Source: Patescibacteria group bacterium UBA6033
Lineage (GTDB): Bacteria; Patescibacteriota; Minisyncoccia; Phycocordibacterales; Phycocordibacteraceae
Direction of reading: 5' to 3'
DNA length: 50,243 nt
NCBI GenBank assembly: GCA_002429325.1
Contig: DIZH01000006.1
Location: 1 to 50,243 of the forward strand
Shown: positions 18,647 through 29,070 of the stretch, one piece after another
Layout of the letters: every line of letters starts with the position of its first letter
Position numbering within the stretch: position 1 is the stretch's first letter
Notes under the pieces: generated by a model
The model's input: the letters and a program-made list of their open reading frames with translations, nothing else
Database searches by the model: none
Told to the model about the DNA's origin: nothing
Made by a program: the position numbers and the translations under genes

Positions 18647-19798
18647 ATGTGGAGCAAGAAGAGAGTCTATCTTGATTATGCGGCGGGAGTAGCTGCAAAT
18701 CCGTCATCTCCCCATGAGGAGGGCAGGCAGGCGAAGGCTATGCTCGAAGACGCGCGTATGACGATAGCGCGGCTTGTCGAAGTGCAGAGCGACGATGTCA
18801 TCTTCACCAGCGGTGCGACCGAGAGCAATGCGCTCGCGATACTGGGGAGCGTGCACGCACTCCGAGCTCTTGCGGGGTCGGATGTCCCGGGGAGGAGTAC
18901 TATGCACGTGCTGTACTTGCCGAGTGCGCATGCCTCGATAGTCGAGAACGTGAAGCTGCTCGAAAGGGATGGTGTCACCATTGAAGCGCTGCCGATACGG
19001 GACTATCGCGTGGATACGGATGCACTCGCGAAAATGATCAAGCTTGAGACCGTTCTTATCGCAATGGATGCGGTGTGCGGCGAAACCGGCGTCGTATGGA
19101 ATACTCGTGAAGTGCGGCAGGTGCTCGACCGTTCACTGTCTGCGCACGGAGGGTCGCGCATCCTATTGCATGTCGACGCCAGCCAAGCGCCGCTCACTGA
19201 GAAAATAACGCGAGCCCATTTCGGTGCAGACCTACTCACGTTTGATGGTGCGAAAGTCGGCGATATACGCGGCGTCGGTGCGCTTATCGCGCATCGTACG
19301 ATTCCTCTTACCCCTTTATATAAAGGCGGGGGTCAGGAGCGTGGTATGCGGCCAGGGACTGAAGCGCCTGAGCTTGCAGAGAAATTCGCGGCCGCGCTCA
19401 CTGCGGCCGCGAGCGGCCGCGCGGCATTTCGAGCGGCCGCGGAAGTGAATCGAACACGGCTCAGTGAGCTCATCACAGGAGCGATTCCAAACGTATATAT
19501 ACAGGAGGGCCGCATCCAAGCGCCGCATATCCTCAATCTAGCTCTGCCGGGCAGGGATACGGATTACCTTGTGGCGGTCCTCGACGAGGCTGGCTATTCG
19601 GTCTCGACGCGAAGCGCATGCGAGACTGATTCAGAGGAAGGTTCTCGGGCCGTTTTTGCGCTCACGGGAGACACGGAAAAGGCTCGCGCGACACTCCGCA
19701 TAGCCTGGAATGCGGATACGGAGTCACGAGCACTCACTCGTTTTGTAGAAGCTCTTGTACAGGCAGCAGCATTTATTGACACAGGTATTCAAAGGTAG
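18647..19798 (+). CDS. Cysteine desulfurase-like class V PLP enzyme (IscS/NifS family)
   Basis: YLDYAA, NPSS, FTSGATESN, HVDASQ, GGGQERGMRPGT, STRSAC. Confidence 0.88.
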   Translation: MWSKKRVYLDYAAGVAANPSSPHEEGRQAKAMLEDARMTIARLVEVQSDDVIFTSGATESNALAILGSVHALRALAGSDVPGRSTMHVLYLPSAHASIVENVKLLERDGVTIEALPIRDYRVDTDALAKMIKLETVLIAMDAVCGETGVVWNTREVRQVLDRSLSAHGGSRILLHVDASQAPLTEKITRAHFGADLLTFDGAKVGDIRGVGALIAHRTIPLTPLYKGGGQERGMRPGTEAPELAEKFAAALTAAASGRAAFRAAAEVNRTRLSELITGAIPNVYIQEGRIQAPHILNLALPGRDTDYLVAVLDEAGYSVSTRSACETDSEEGSRAVFALTGDTEKARATLRIAWNADTESRALTRFVEALVQAAAFIDTGIQR

Positions 19799-19815
19799 CA
19801 TTATAGTCATATGAA

Positions 19816-19932
19816 TCCCGTTAGAAATTACAAACACATCGGTCGATTTGAAACGGGTTCGATTATCAACTCTAATCGGATAGCGTGCGGCTGTGCCCAG
19901 AAGGGTGCGTCCGTGTTCTATTTCTAACGGGA
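19816..19932. mobile_element. MITE-like element with TCCCGTTAGAAAT TIRs and TGAA direct repeats
   Basis: TIRs at both ends; TGAA at 19812-19815 and 19933-19936. Confidence 0.8.
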
Positions 19933-20708
19933 TGAACATCGAAGAACTCTCCAAATCTCAACTCATACTGCTCACGATTCTCGTGAACTTTGTCACCTCA
20001 ATTGCTACCGGCATTTTGACGGTATCGCTTCTTGACCATGCTCCAGCCTTCGTCACTCAGACCGTGAATCGCGTCGTTGAACATACTATTGAAACGGTTG
20101 CTGCTGCTGCTCCGGCTCCTATCATACAGGCTCCTGCGCCGTCGAATCAGGACCTGGTTACCGCGGCTATCGGGGCTGATGCTGCACGTGCCGTCGCGAT
20201 ATATAGTTCGGACGCAAGCACCTCAACTCCAGCACTAGGTATTGGCACCTATCTGCCGAAAGCACGTGCGATAGTGACGGCCGCGCAGGACGCATTACCC
20301 AAAGAGGCGTTGATAGAATTTACCAACGGAGTACGCATCCCAGCATCACTCGCTCGACAGGGGAAAGGCATTGCGATTTACGGATTCGCTGATGCTGCAC
20401 CTTTGCCGAAGATGACCGGGCCGGCGCTTATTGCCTCGGGTGATTTGAAGCTCGGAGAAACGGCACTTGCACTCGGCGCAGACGGCTCCGCAAGCACCGG
20501 TATCGTCGCTCGTGTGAGCGCTAAGGGCGTGTATACCACGTTGCCCGACATTGGGACGGGGAGTGCAGTAGTAGATTTGTCCGGTAACTTGATAGGAATA
20601 AGCGCTGGTGGGAGCCCTGGACTCCTCATCAGCACTAATCTCATAACCGAACTCCTCACTGCTACCTCTAGCGCGGTAACTGCAACTTCGACTGTTACGG
20701 CCCAGTAA
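19932..20708 (+). CDS. Membrane-anchored trypsin-like (HtrA-like) fold protein, catalytic residues degenerate
   Basis: N-terminal TM; LKLGETALALG, STGIV, GSAVVDLSGNLIGI. Confidence 0.65.
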   Translation: MNIEELSKSQLILLTILVNFVTSIATGILTVSLLDHAPAFVTQTVNRVVEHTIETVAAAAPAPIIQAPAPSNQDLVTAAIGADAARAVAIYSSDASTSTPALGIGTYLPKARAIVTAAQDALPKEALIEFTNGVRIPASLARQGKGIAIYGFADAAPLPKMTGPALIASGDLKLGETALALGADGSASTGIVARVSAKGVYTTLPDIGTGSAVVDLSGNLIGISAGGSPGLLISTNLITELLTATSSAVTATSTVTAQ

Positions 20709-20730
20709 TAGTTAGTATACTTTTCTATAT

Positions 20731-23406
20731 ATGCCTCCTTTTAACAATTTCACCACCAAAGCAAAAGAAGCCGTCAGGCGAGCGCACGAGCTTGCTATAG
20801 AGCGTGGACAGAATCATGTCTCGCCGATTCATTTGCTCGCGGCGCTCGTCCTCCAAGAAGAGTCGCTCGTGTTCTCAATACTCGACCGCATGGAAGTGGA
20901 TACCATCATGTTGGCTGATGCTGTGCTCGAGCATTTGGAAGTGCCGGAGAATGCATCAGTGCTCTCACCGTCCTATCAGATTTATCTCACGCCCGATCTC
21001 GCCCAGGCGCTCGAAGCCTCGGGGAAGATCGCTGCGCGTATGAACGATACATTCGTCGGCACTGAACACTTGTTCCTCGCTGTTATCGAACATCCAGGTT
21101 CTGCGGCAGATATTCTTGCGCGATTCTCGATTAATCGCGATGCAGCGCTCGCCATCCTCAAAGAGCTAAAGAGTTCAAAGGATGGACAGGGAAGCGAACC
21201 AAAGCGTTTCCGTGCACTCGCCAAATACTCGCGTAATCTCACCAAGATGGCGGCCGAGAATAAGCTCGACCCGGTGATTGGGCGTGATATCGAGATTAAT
21301 CGCGTCATTCAGATCCTTGCTCGGCGCACCAAAAACAATCCTGTCCTCATCGGTGAAGCAGGCGTTGGGAAGACTGCCATTGCTGAAGGGCTTGCAGCAC
21401 GCATGGCCACAGGCGACGTTCCAGAGACCCTGAAAGGAAAAGAGCTTTTGTCACTTGACCTCGGGCTCATGATTGCCGGCACGAAGTATCGTGGTGAATT
21501 CGAAGAGCGTATGAAGAACGTCATGAAGGAAGTCGAGCGCGCCGAAGGGAAAGTCATTCTTTTCGTTGATGAATTGCATACGCTCGTGGGTGCTGGCGGC
21601 GCCGAAGGTTCGCTTGATGCATCGAACATGTTGAAACCGGCGCTCTCGCGTGGCGAGATACGCGTCATTGGTGCGACGACATTGAAGGAATATCAAAAAT
21701 ACATTGAAAAGGACGCCGCACTCACTCGCCGCTTCCAGTCAGTGTTCGTCCAGGAACCATCGGTCGAGGACGGCATCGCCATCCTTCGCGGCCTGCGCGA
21801 CAAGTATGAGCTTTTCCATGGAGTGCGCATCACTGACGGTGCCATCGTCGCTGCAGTCGAACTCTCTTCCCGCTACATCAGCGACCGTTTCTTGCCTGAT
21901 AAGGCTATCGACCTCATCGATGAAGCCGGGTCTGGTCTGCGCATCGCGCTTGAGAACAAACCGCCTTTGCTTGAGGAAACCGACCGCAAGATACGCCGCC
22001 TTGAGATCGAGCGACAAGCGCTTCAGAAAGACCTTGATGGCGAGCATGCCAAAGAAATAAAAGAGCGCATCAAGGCTATTGATAGCGATGTCGCTGATCT
22101 CAAAGAGAAGACAAGTGAGCTCGAACTTAAATGGAAGAACGAAAAAGAAGTACTGACGGCTATACGCGCTGCGAAGACCGAGCTCGAGTCGCTCAAGATA
22201 CAGGCGGACAACGCCGAAGCCGCAGCAGATCTTGGTACGGTCGCAGAGATACGATACGGCAAGATACCTCACATCCAGAAGGACCTTGAGATAAAACTGA
22301 AGCGGCTTAAAACGCTCCAGAAGTCTCGTCGTGTGCTTCATGAGGAAGTGACCGAGCACGAGATTGCTGCCGTGGTATCGCGCTGGACCGGCATTCCGGT
22401 CGCAAAGATGCTCGAGGAAGAAGCGGCCAAACTCTCTCGCATGGAAGAGGCACTCAAAGCAAGCATCATCGGCCAGGATATCGCCGTGAAGAAAGTGACC
22501 GATGCCGTGAAGCGCTCTCGCGTGGGCATCAGCGACCCGAATCGCCCGATAGGTTCATTCCTCTTCCTTGGGCCGACCGGCGTAGGGAAGACGGAGCTCT
22601 CCAAGAAACTTGCAGAGTTCATGTTCAATGATCCCGAGGCACTCGTCCGCGTCGACATGAGCGAATTCATGGAGAAGCATTCAGTCGCGAAACTCATCGG
22701 CGCACCGCCGGGCTATGTGGGATACGAGGAATCAGGTTCGCTCACGGAGCATATCCGCCATCGTCCATATGCCGTCGTGCTTTTCGATGAGATCGAGAAA
22801 GCGCATCCAGAAGTATTCAATATCCTGCTGCAAGTCCTTGACTCTGGTCATCTGACTGACGGCAAGGGCCGCAAGGTGAACTTCAAGAACACCATTATCG
22901 TGCTCACGAGCAACATCGGCGGCGAGTTCATCGACAAGCTTGCGCATATCGGTTTCGGCATTGCCGATGCCACGGATGCCAGCCGTTACGATGAGACCAA
23001 AGAGAAGGTGATGGGAGCTCTTCGAGAGCACTTCCGTCCAGAGTTCCTCAATCGTCTTGATGACATCATCATCTTCGATCCTCTCGCGAAGGAAGCGCTT
23101 GCGCGCATTATCGACACTCAGGTTGAGGAAGTCGTGAAGCGCCTTGCTCAGAAGCGCATCACGCTCGCAATAGAACCGGGCGTGCATGCATGGCTCGCAG
23201 AGAAGGGATATAACCCCGAGTATGGCGCCCGCCCGCTCCGTCGCGCTATCCAAGACACCATCCTCACGCCGCTTGCGTCCATGATGGTGGACCAAGGTCT
23301 TCTCGAGGGAGGTGCCGTCACTGTCTCCCTCAAGAGTAATGAGCTTCACTTTGAAGTGAAGAAGAGCGCTACGCGCGCCCGAAAGGTCACTCCAGTGATG
23401 GCGTAG
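20731..23406 (+). CDS. clpB: ATP-dependent chaperone ClpB
   Basis: Clp N-domain, two AAA modules ([16 protein letters not shown]), long coiled-coil middle domain. Confidence 0.93.
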   Translation: MPPFNNFTTKAKEAVRRAHELAIERGQNHVSPIHLLAALVLQEESLVFSILDRMEVDTIMLADAVLEHLEVPENASVLSPSYQIYLTPDLAQALEASGKIAARMNDTFVGTEHLFLAVIEHPGSAADILARFSINRDAALAILKELKSSKDGQGSEPKRFRALAKYSRNLTKMAAENKLDPVIGRDIEINRVIQILARRTKNNPVLIGEAGVGKTAIAEGLAARMATGDVPETLKGKELLSLDLGLMIAGTKYRGEFEERMKNVMKEVERAEGKVILFVDELHTLVGAGGAEGSLDASNMLKPALSRGEIRVIGATTLKEYQKYIEKDAALTRRFQSVFVQEPSVEDGIAILRGLRDKYELFHGVRITDGAIVAAVELSSRYISDRFLPDKAIDLIDEAGSGLRIALENKPPLLEETDRKIRRLEIERQALQKDLDGEHAKEIKERIKAIDSDVADLKEKTSELELKWKNEKEVLTAIRAAKTELESLKIQADNAEAAADLGTVAEIRYGKIPHIQKDLEIKLKRLKTLQKSRRVLHEEVTEHEIAAVVSRWTGIPVAKMLEEEAAKLSRMEEALKASIIGQDIAVKKVTDAVKRSRVGISDPNRPIGSFLFLGPTGVGKTELSKKLAEFMFNDPEALVRVDMSEFMEKHSVAKLIGAPPGYVGYEESGSLTEHIRHRPYAVVLFDEIEKAHPEVFNILLQVLDSGHLTDGKGRKVNFKNTIIVLTSNIGGEFIDKLAHIGFGIADATDASRYDETKEKVMGALREHFRPEFLNRLDDIIIFDPLAKEALARIIDTQVEEVVKRLAQKRITLAIEPGVHAWLAEKGYNPEYGARPLRRAIQDTILTPLASMMVDQGLLEGGAVTVSLKSNELHFEVKKSATRARKVTPVMA

Positions 23407-23456
23407 TCTTCGCGCGCTCCATTGCGAAAATCGACCAATTCTGGTAAGTTTTATGC

Positions 23457-23612
23457 ATGTCCCAAGTCCGCCTTATCAAATTGAAGTCGACGAAGTCTCC
23501 GCACGTCATCTGGACGCGTAAGAATAAGAAGACTGTCGAACGCAAAATCGAGGTCACAAAGTTTGACCCGACGCTCAGGAAGCGCGTCCTTTTCAAGGAA
23601 GCCAAGAAGTAA
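23457..23612 (+). CDS. rpmG: 50S ribosomal protein L33 (Cys-free type), not in the ORF track
   Basis: Manual translation MSQVRLIKLKSTKSPHVIWTRKNKKTVERKIEVTKFDPTLRKRVLFKEAKK. Confidence 0.93.
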   Translation: MSQVRLIKLKSTKSPHVIWTRKNKKTVERKIEVTKFDPTLRKRVLFKEAKK

Positions 23613-23616
23613 AAGA

Positions 23617-23640
23617 AAAACCGCCCGAAAGGGCGGTTTT
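23617..23640. terminator. Intrinsic terminator
   Basis: AAAACCGCCC-GAAA-GGGCGGTTTT. Confidence 0.85.
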
Positions 23641-23722
23641 CTTACTACCAAGTGAGGGAGAGAAATGAAATTGCCATTTCAATTTCCGAGCGAACGCAGG
23701 GAGGAAGATCACCTAAGTGATC

Positions 23723-24187
23723 TTATGCTCTCGAATAGGTGCCGATGAGCTCAGTTGTGGCGAGTGTGTGGCCCTGCATCTCTGCCTCAACCTCTTCTTT
23801 TGAAGCTCCTTCCTCAAGCTCGAGTTCGGTATCAAGCGCGTAGAGTTTAAATATATAGCGATGTGTCTTCGGTTCATGGTCAGGAGGCGGACACGGACCA
23901 GTGTAGTGCATATCGCCACGCGTATTCGCTCCAGGAGTGCCGATGGTTCCTCCTTCGGGGATACTGAGTGTTTCGGGTGGGATATTGAAGAGTATCCAAT
24001 GGGTGAAGAGTCCTTCGGGCATGAGCGCCACAGGAACATCGGGATCATCCATGATGAGGGCAAGCGATTGTGTATGCTCTGGTATTTCGGAAATCGTGAG
24101 CGATGGTGATAGTCTCCTATCTCCATCGCATGTGTATGCTCTCGGAATGCGTTCCGCGGGTTCGAATGCTGAACTTTCAATCCTCAT
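23723..24187 (-). CDS. YbhB/YbcL family (PEBP-like) protein
   Basis: YTCDG, LIMDDPD, FTHW, YTGPCPP, HRYIFKLYALD. Confidence 0.93.
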   Translation of the reverse strand: MRIESSAFEPAERIPRAYTCDGDRRLSPSLTISEIPEHTQSLALIMDDPDVPVALMPEGLFTHWILFNIPPETLSIPEGGTIGTPGANTRGDMHYTGPCPPPDHEPKTHRYIFKLYALDTELELEEGASKEEVEAEMQGHTLATTELIGTYSRA

Positions 24188-24253
24188 GGTTTAATTTTAC
24201 CATTATCGAGCGTGTTATCTCTATGAAGCTAGTGCTATAGTTAAGTTATATCC

Positions 24254-25501
24254 ATGGCAACGATACGCTCTCTCTCAGCTCGAGAAATACTCGATTCACG
24301 CGGCGCGCCGACCATTGAAATCGAGCTCCAGACCGCCCACGGAAGCGGTATCGCCTCAGTGCCCTCGGGCGCCAGTGTCGGCGCGCATGAGGCGCTCGAG
24401 CTGCGTGATGGCGACCTGAGCGTGTATGGCGGGCGAGGCGTCTCAAAAGCCATCGCAGGAGTGAATGAAGAGATTGCAGAAGCGCTGCTCGGCAAAGAAT
24501 TCGATCAGCAATCGCTGGATGCGTTCCTCTCTGAACTTGATGGCACGCCCAATAAGAGTCGGCTTGGTGCAAATGCCATTCTCGGTGTATCTATCGCATT
24601 CGCGCGTGCAGCCGCCACAGAGGGCAGCATGCCGCTCTACGCGTATCTTGGCTCTTTGGATAATCGCCATTCTTTCACTCTTCCGCAGCCACTTTTCAAT
24701 ATACTGAATGGTGGCAAACATGCAGCGCACGGCATCGATATTCAAGAATCCATGCTTGCTCCAATTGGTTTTGAGACTATGCGGGAGAAGGTTGCTGTTG
24801 CGATGAGTTGTGTCGGCGCGCTCAGCTCGCTTTTGAAAGAAAAAGGATATGGCACCGATATGGGCGATGAAGGTGGATTTGCTCCTGCGCTCACGAGTAA
24901 CGATGAGGCGCTCGACTTGCTCGTCGCGGCAATCGAGCAAACCGGGCACACCACTGAACAAATTAAGCTCGCTCTTGATGTTGCCGCAAGTAGTTTCTAT
25001 ACCGAAGGGAAGTATGTCCTCAAAGCTGGGGGAGAGAGGGTCATGACGAGGGATGAGATGCTTCGGTGGTACAGTCACACGGCACAGATGTACCCAGTTA
25101 TTTCGATAGAAGACGGCTTTGCTGAAGATGACTGGGATGGATTCACTGCGCTTACGAAGGAGCTCAGTAATCAGCTCTTAATTGTAGGAGATGATCTGAC
25201 CGTTACGAATGTCGGGCGTATTGCGACAGCGATAGAGAAGAAAGCCGCGAATGCCTGCATTATCAAACCAAACCAGATTGGCTCAATTACCGAAGCAATT
25301 AGGGCGGTACAGACGGCGCGCGCTGCTGGATGGAAGATATTCGCTTCGCACCGCTCGGGAGAGACGATGGATACGTTCATTGCGGATTTTTCGGTCGGAC
25401 TCTCGTGCGACTATCTCAAGGCAGGAGCACCGACGAAAAAAGAGCGTATGGTGAAGTATACTCGGCTTATGGAGATTGAAGAGGAACTGCATCTCGTATG
25501 A
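24254..25501 (+). CDS. eno: Enolase
   Basis: AREILDSRG, VPSGASVG, GDEGGFAP, VGDDL, IKPNQIG, SHRSGET. Confidence 0.97.
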   Translation: MATIRSLSAREILDSRGAPTIEIELQTAHGSGIASVPSGASVGAHEALELRDGDLSVYGGRGVSKAIAGVNEEIAEALLGKEFDQQSLDAFLSELDGTPNKSRLGANAILGVSIAFARAAATEGSMPLYAYLGSLDNRHSFTLPQPLFNILNGGKHAAHGIDIQESMLAPIGFETMREKVAVAMSCVGALSSLLKEKGYGTDMGDEGGFAPALTSNDEALDLLVAAIEQTGHTTEQIKLALDVAASSFYTEGKYVLKAGGERVMTRDEMLRWYSHTAQMYPVISIEDGFAEDDWDGFTALTKELSNQLLIVGDDLTVTNVGRIATAIEKKAANACIIKPNQIGSITEAIRAVQTARAAGWKIFASHRSGETMDTFIADFSVGLSCDYLKAGAPTKKERMVKYTRLMEIEEELHLV

Positions 25502-25502
25502 G

Positions 25503-25584
25503 CCCCGTTAGAAATTTCGGATTTGGAAACGGCGGTATAGTAATAGTGTGTATATGAAATCTGCCAATTCTATTTCTAACGGGG
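25503..25584. mobile_element. MITE-like element with CCCCGTTAGAAAT TIRs and TGAG direct repeats
   Basis: TIRs at both ends; TGAG at 25499-25502 and 25585-25588. Confidence 0.8.
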
Positions 25585-26387
25585 TGAGCTCACGTGCACA
25601 GATTGTTGCGACGATAGGTCCCGCAAGTGGGCAGGCGGATATGCTGAAGACTATGGTCGAGCGGCAGATGGATGTCGCACGATTTAACTTCGAATGGTTC
25701 GTGCCGGAACGGGCGTTGGAGCGGGAGCGCATTATCCTCGTCCGCGCCGCAGCAGCGGCGGCTGGCCGTACTATCCCTATCATTGCTGATTTGCCTGGGC
25801 CGCGCGTACAGCTTGCCGAGGGTCATACCTATGACCGTACGCGCCCATTCTCCATCTCAGAATTGGATGAAACGATGGTGCGTTTCTGTATCGACGAGAA
25901 CGTGGAGTATATCGCGCTTTCTTTTGTCGGAGCTGCAGATGATGTCGCACACTATCGAGAACTCGTACGGAAATATAACGGCTCGCAAAAGCTTATTGCG
26001 AAAATCGAACGCAAGGCAGCCGTCGATGCAATCGATAGTATCATCGATGCGGCTGATGCAATCATGGTAGCTCGTGGAGATTTGGGAAAGGAAATATCGC
26101 TCGAAGAAATTCCGTTCGTACAGAAAATGATTGTTGCCAAGGCGAATGCAGCAGAGAAGCCGGTCATCGTCGCGACGCAGATGCTTCTTTCTATGACGGA
26201 ACACTCAGAACCCACCCGAGCCGAGGTAACTGATGTAGAAGAAGCCATCCTGCAGGGAGCCGATGCTGTCATGCTGTCAGAGGAAACAGCTTCGGGCCAG
26301 TATCCGGTCGAAGCGGTAGCTATGATGGAGCGCATCATCACCGCTGCAGAACAGCATCAGGGCGAGCGCGTCCTTCATTTGCTATGA
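25584..26387 (+). CDS. pyk: Pyruvate kinase, barrel domain only (GTG start; alternative ATG at 25554)
   Basis: [46 protein letters not shown]. Confidence 0.88.
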   Translation: MSSRAQIVATIGPASGQADMLKTMVERQMDVARFNFEWFVPERALERERIILVRAAAAAAGRTIPIIADLPGPRVQLAEGHTYDRTRPFSISELDETMVRFCIDENVEYIALSFVGAADDVAHYRELVRKYNGSQKLIAKIERKAAVDAIDSIIDAADAIMVARGDLGKEISLEEIPFVQKMIVAKANAAEKPVIVATQMLLSMTEHSEPTRAEVTDVEEAILQGADAVMLSEETASGQYPVEAVAMMERIITAAEQHQGERVLHLL

Positions 26388-27022
26388 CCCTACCCGGTAC
26401 TCTTATCATCGCTCGGCACCACGAGTCAGAGTGGAACAAAAAAGGTATGTGGACCGGTACGCGCGATGTGCACCTCACTCAATATGGATTTGAGAAATCG
26501 AATGAAATGGGAAGCCTTCTGAAAGATATGCGTATTGATAACGCCTTCGCTTCCATGCAAGTGCGTTCGATAGAGACTCTTTCCTGCATGCTAAACACGC
26601 TCGGCATGTATCATGTGCCGGCACAGTACGTGCACGCACTCGATGAACGCGATTACGGAGACTATACGGGCAAAAATAAATGGGATATGAAAGAGGCCAT
26701 AGGGGAAGAAGCTTTTGACCATATGCGTCGTGATTGGAATTATCCGATACCAAACGGTGAGACACTGGAGATGGTCTATAATCGGGTCGTGCCTTTTTAT
26801 GAAGAAGTCGTCCTGCCGCTCTTGGTCGATGGCCGCAATGTACTCATTGTTTCCCATGGAAATGCGCTCCGGGCGCTCACTATCTATCTGGAGTCAGTAC
26901 CAACCGAGAAGGCGTGTGACGTAGAAATGCTGTTTGGCGCAGTGGTGCTATACCAGGTTGATAGCGAAGGGAGAATGGTGCAAAAAGACGTCAGAACAGT
27001 AAGCTCAGAGGTCCCGGCATAA
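26384..27022 (+). CDS. gpmA: 2,3-BPG-dependent phosphoglycerate mutase
   Basis: RHHESEWN...[24 protein letters not shown]. Confidence 0.88.
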   Translation: MTLPGTLIIARHHESEWNKKGMWTGTRDVHLTQYGFEKSNEMGSLLKDMRIDNAFASMQVRSIETLSCMLNTLGMYHVPAQYVHALDERDYGDYTGKNKWDMKEAIGEEAFDHMRRDWNYPIPNGETLEMVYNRVVPFYEEVVLPLLVDGRNVLIVSHGNALRALTIYLESVPTEKACDVEMLFGAVVLYQVDSEGRMVQKDVRTVSSEVPA

Positions 27023-27073
27023 GCCGGTTGTCGTTATTCCCAGTTGCATTTAAATATATAGATATGCTAATAT

Positions 27074-27370
27074 ATGCATATGTCAGAGCTGTGTAACGAC
27101 ATCGAAAAGCTAGGGAAGGGTATCGGCAATGCGAACCGCTACCGTATTTTAGAATCCTTGATGAAGGGTCCTCGTACGGTGAACGATATTGCACATGCCG
27201 TGCATCTTTCACAGCCTGCCGTGTCGCAGAATCTGAAAGTGCTGAAGGCTTCCGACCTTGTGATGGATGAACGTAACGGCCAAGAGATCTACTACACCAT
27301 TAACGTGCAGCATATGGCATCGTTACTTCAGAAACTCGCACTCGGACTTAAAAAGAGTGAATCTCATTAA
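27074..27370 (+). CDS. ArsR/SmtB family transcriptional regulator
   Basis: RYRILESL..GPRTVNDIA, SQPAVSQNLKVL, RNGQEIYY. Confidence 0.9.
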   Translation: MHMSELCNDIEKLGKGIGNANRYRILESLMKGPRTVNDIAHAVHLSQPAVSQNLKVLKASDLVMDERNGQEIYYTINVQHMASLLQKLALGLKKSESH

Positions 27371-27387
27371 CATCTTATTTAATTACT

Positions 27388-28005
27388 ATGACCTACGATA
27401 CAATTCCAACAGCAGATATCCTCGCTCGCACCATCGCAGCTCTCAAAGAGCGCGGCGTTGAGGCGATTGTTGTCGAAAATAGCGCAGAAGCGCTTGCAAA
27501 AGTAAAAGAACTTATCCCTGCCGGTGTATCTTTGAATAATGGTTCATCGCGGACACTCGAGCAGATTGGATTCGTTGACTACCTTAAGGCAGGACAGCAT
27601 GGTTGGAACAATCTTCACGATGCAATTCTCGCTGAGACGGATCCAGTAAAACAGGAGGAACTTAGGAAGCAGTCAGTGCTCTCGGAGTATTACGTAAGCA
27701 GCGTACACGCCATCGCCGAGACGGGAGAAATGGTCGTCGCGTCGGCATCCGGCAGCCAGCTCCCGCACCTGACCTTCACTTCGCAGCACCTGGTGCTTGT
27801 CGCAGGAACTCAGAAAATTGTGCCGACGCTCGATGACGCGTTCGCACGCTTGAAAGACTATGTGTTCCCGCTCGAAGACGCACGTATGAAGAGCGTCGGG
27901 TATCCGGGAAGCCTCATGGCCAAGATACTCGTCATGGCACACGAGCTCCCGATGATGGGTCGCACCGTGAAGCTCATCCTGGTCAACGAGAAACTTGGTT
28001 TCTAG
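27388..28005 (+). CDS. LUD-domain (lactate utilization-like) protein
   Basis: GSSRTLEQIG, SSVHAIAETGEMV, LVAGTQKIVPTLDDA, LILVNEKLGF. Confidence 0.82.
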   Translation: MTYDTIPTADILARTIAALKERGVEAIVVENSAEALAKVKELIPAGVSLNNGSSRTLEQIGFVDYLKAGQHGWNNLHDAILAETDPVKQEELRKQSVLSEYYVSSVHAIAETGEMVVASASGSQLPHLTFTSQHLVLVAGTQKIVPTLDDAFARLKDYVFPLEDARMKSVGYPGSLMAKILVMAHELPMMGRTVKLILVNEKLGF

Positions 28006-28011
28006 CTAGCA

Positions 28012-28056
28012 AAGCGAAAAACGCGCCGCTCCTCTGGAGTGGCGCGTTTTTCGCTT
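28012..28056. terminator. Bidirectional intrinsic terminator
   Basis: AAGCGAAAAACGCGCCGCTCC-TCT-GGAGTGGCGCGTTTTTCGCTT. Confidence 0.8.
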
Positions 28057-28978
28057 AGGATAGGTGTTCTATTCGCTGTTGTAATTTCTCGTTGAGCTTA
28101 ATGAAATCCTCCTGAGTTATTTTTGGATGACTCCATCCTTCAATAGTTATGCCATCACCGCTTCGTCGTGGAATAACGTGGAAGTGTGTGTGGATGATGT
28201 ATTGCCCAGCATCCAACCCGTTATTGAGAAGAACATTATAGCCTCCGTGATCAATAGTAAGAGCGTGTCCTATCTTCTTGATAGAGGAGAGAATATCGCT
28301 CAAGACCTCCTTCGGTACTTCAGAAAGATTGGAATATCTCTTTTTAGGAATCACCAGAATATGCCCATCTTCATTTCCAGGAATATCAAGGGACATGAAT
28401 GCAATCGAATGCGGCGTCTCGTCGAGCGTGATGAAAGGGAATCCGTTCCGGTGCGTAATCCGACCCGCGACGAAATCGCTGAAAAGATAGAAACGTTCGG
28501 AGACATTTTTAAACAAGACAGGGATCTCCTCAAAGATTTCCTTCACGGTGCGCTCGACCTTCTCTTCTACTGCTAAGCGATCGGTCTGATAGACAAGTAC
28601 CTCATCTTCTTCTATGTCTTTGACAGAAGTCTCCTCACCCAAAACGAGTTCATTGAAGAGTATAGCGTAGGAGTAATTAAATTCTGATTTGATATAGTCG
28701 ATATGGTCTTGTGCCATGCCAACAATCACGTCGTAGTGTTCGAGTATTTCTCGCGTCAATCGTCTTTGCTCGTGTCCTTGAGCATCGATGTTGAGTTCGC
28801 GCAGCGTTTCGAGCGTTTTAGGATCAATGGTTTGTGGCGCGGCAATAATGCCAGCAGAGCCGACAGTCCAATCAGTAATTCCATTGTCGGCCAGATATTT
28901 CTTGAAACTCAGTTCCGCGGACAAGCTTCTGAAAATGTTTCCTGTACAAACAAAGAGGATACTTTTTTGCTCGATCAT
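28055..28978 (-). CDS. LMW protein-tyrosine-phosphatase-like domain fused to a HIT hydrolase domain
   Basis: ILFVCTGNIFRS and SAG in the N-terminal half; GHILVIPK, NNG..AGQ and HTHFHVIP in the C-terminal half. Confidence 0.88.
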   Translation of the reverse strand: MIEQKSILFVCTGNIFRSLSAELSFKKYLADNGITDWTVGSAGIIAAPQTIDPKTLETLRELNIDAQGHEQRRLTREILEHYDVIVGMAQDHIDYIKSEFNYSYAILFNELVLGEETSVKDIEEDEVLVYQTDRLAVEEKVERTVKEIFEEIPVLFKNVSERFYLFSDFVAGRITHRNGFPFITLDETPHSIAFMSLDIPGNEDGHILVIPKKRYSNLSEVPKEVLSDILSSIKKIGHALTIDHGGYNVLLNNGLDAGQYIIHTHFHVIPRRSGDGITIEGWSHPKITQEDFIKLNEKLQQRIEHLS

Positions 28979-29070
28979 TTTCTAATTATACAGTACTTAC
29001 ATTTGCAGGTCTTGCGGGACGAGATTTGACTGCATCTGACTGCGGACTTAACTAGCGCTATACTGGACTG

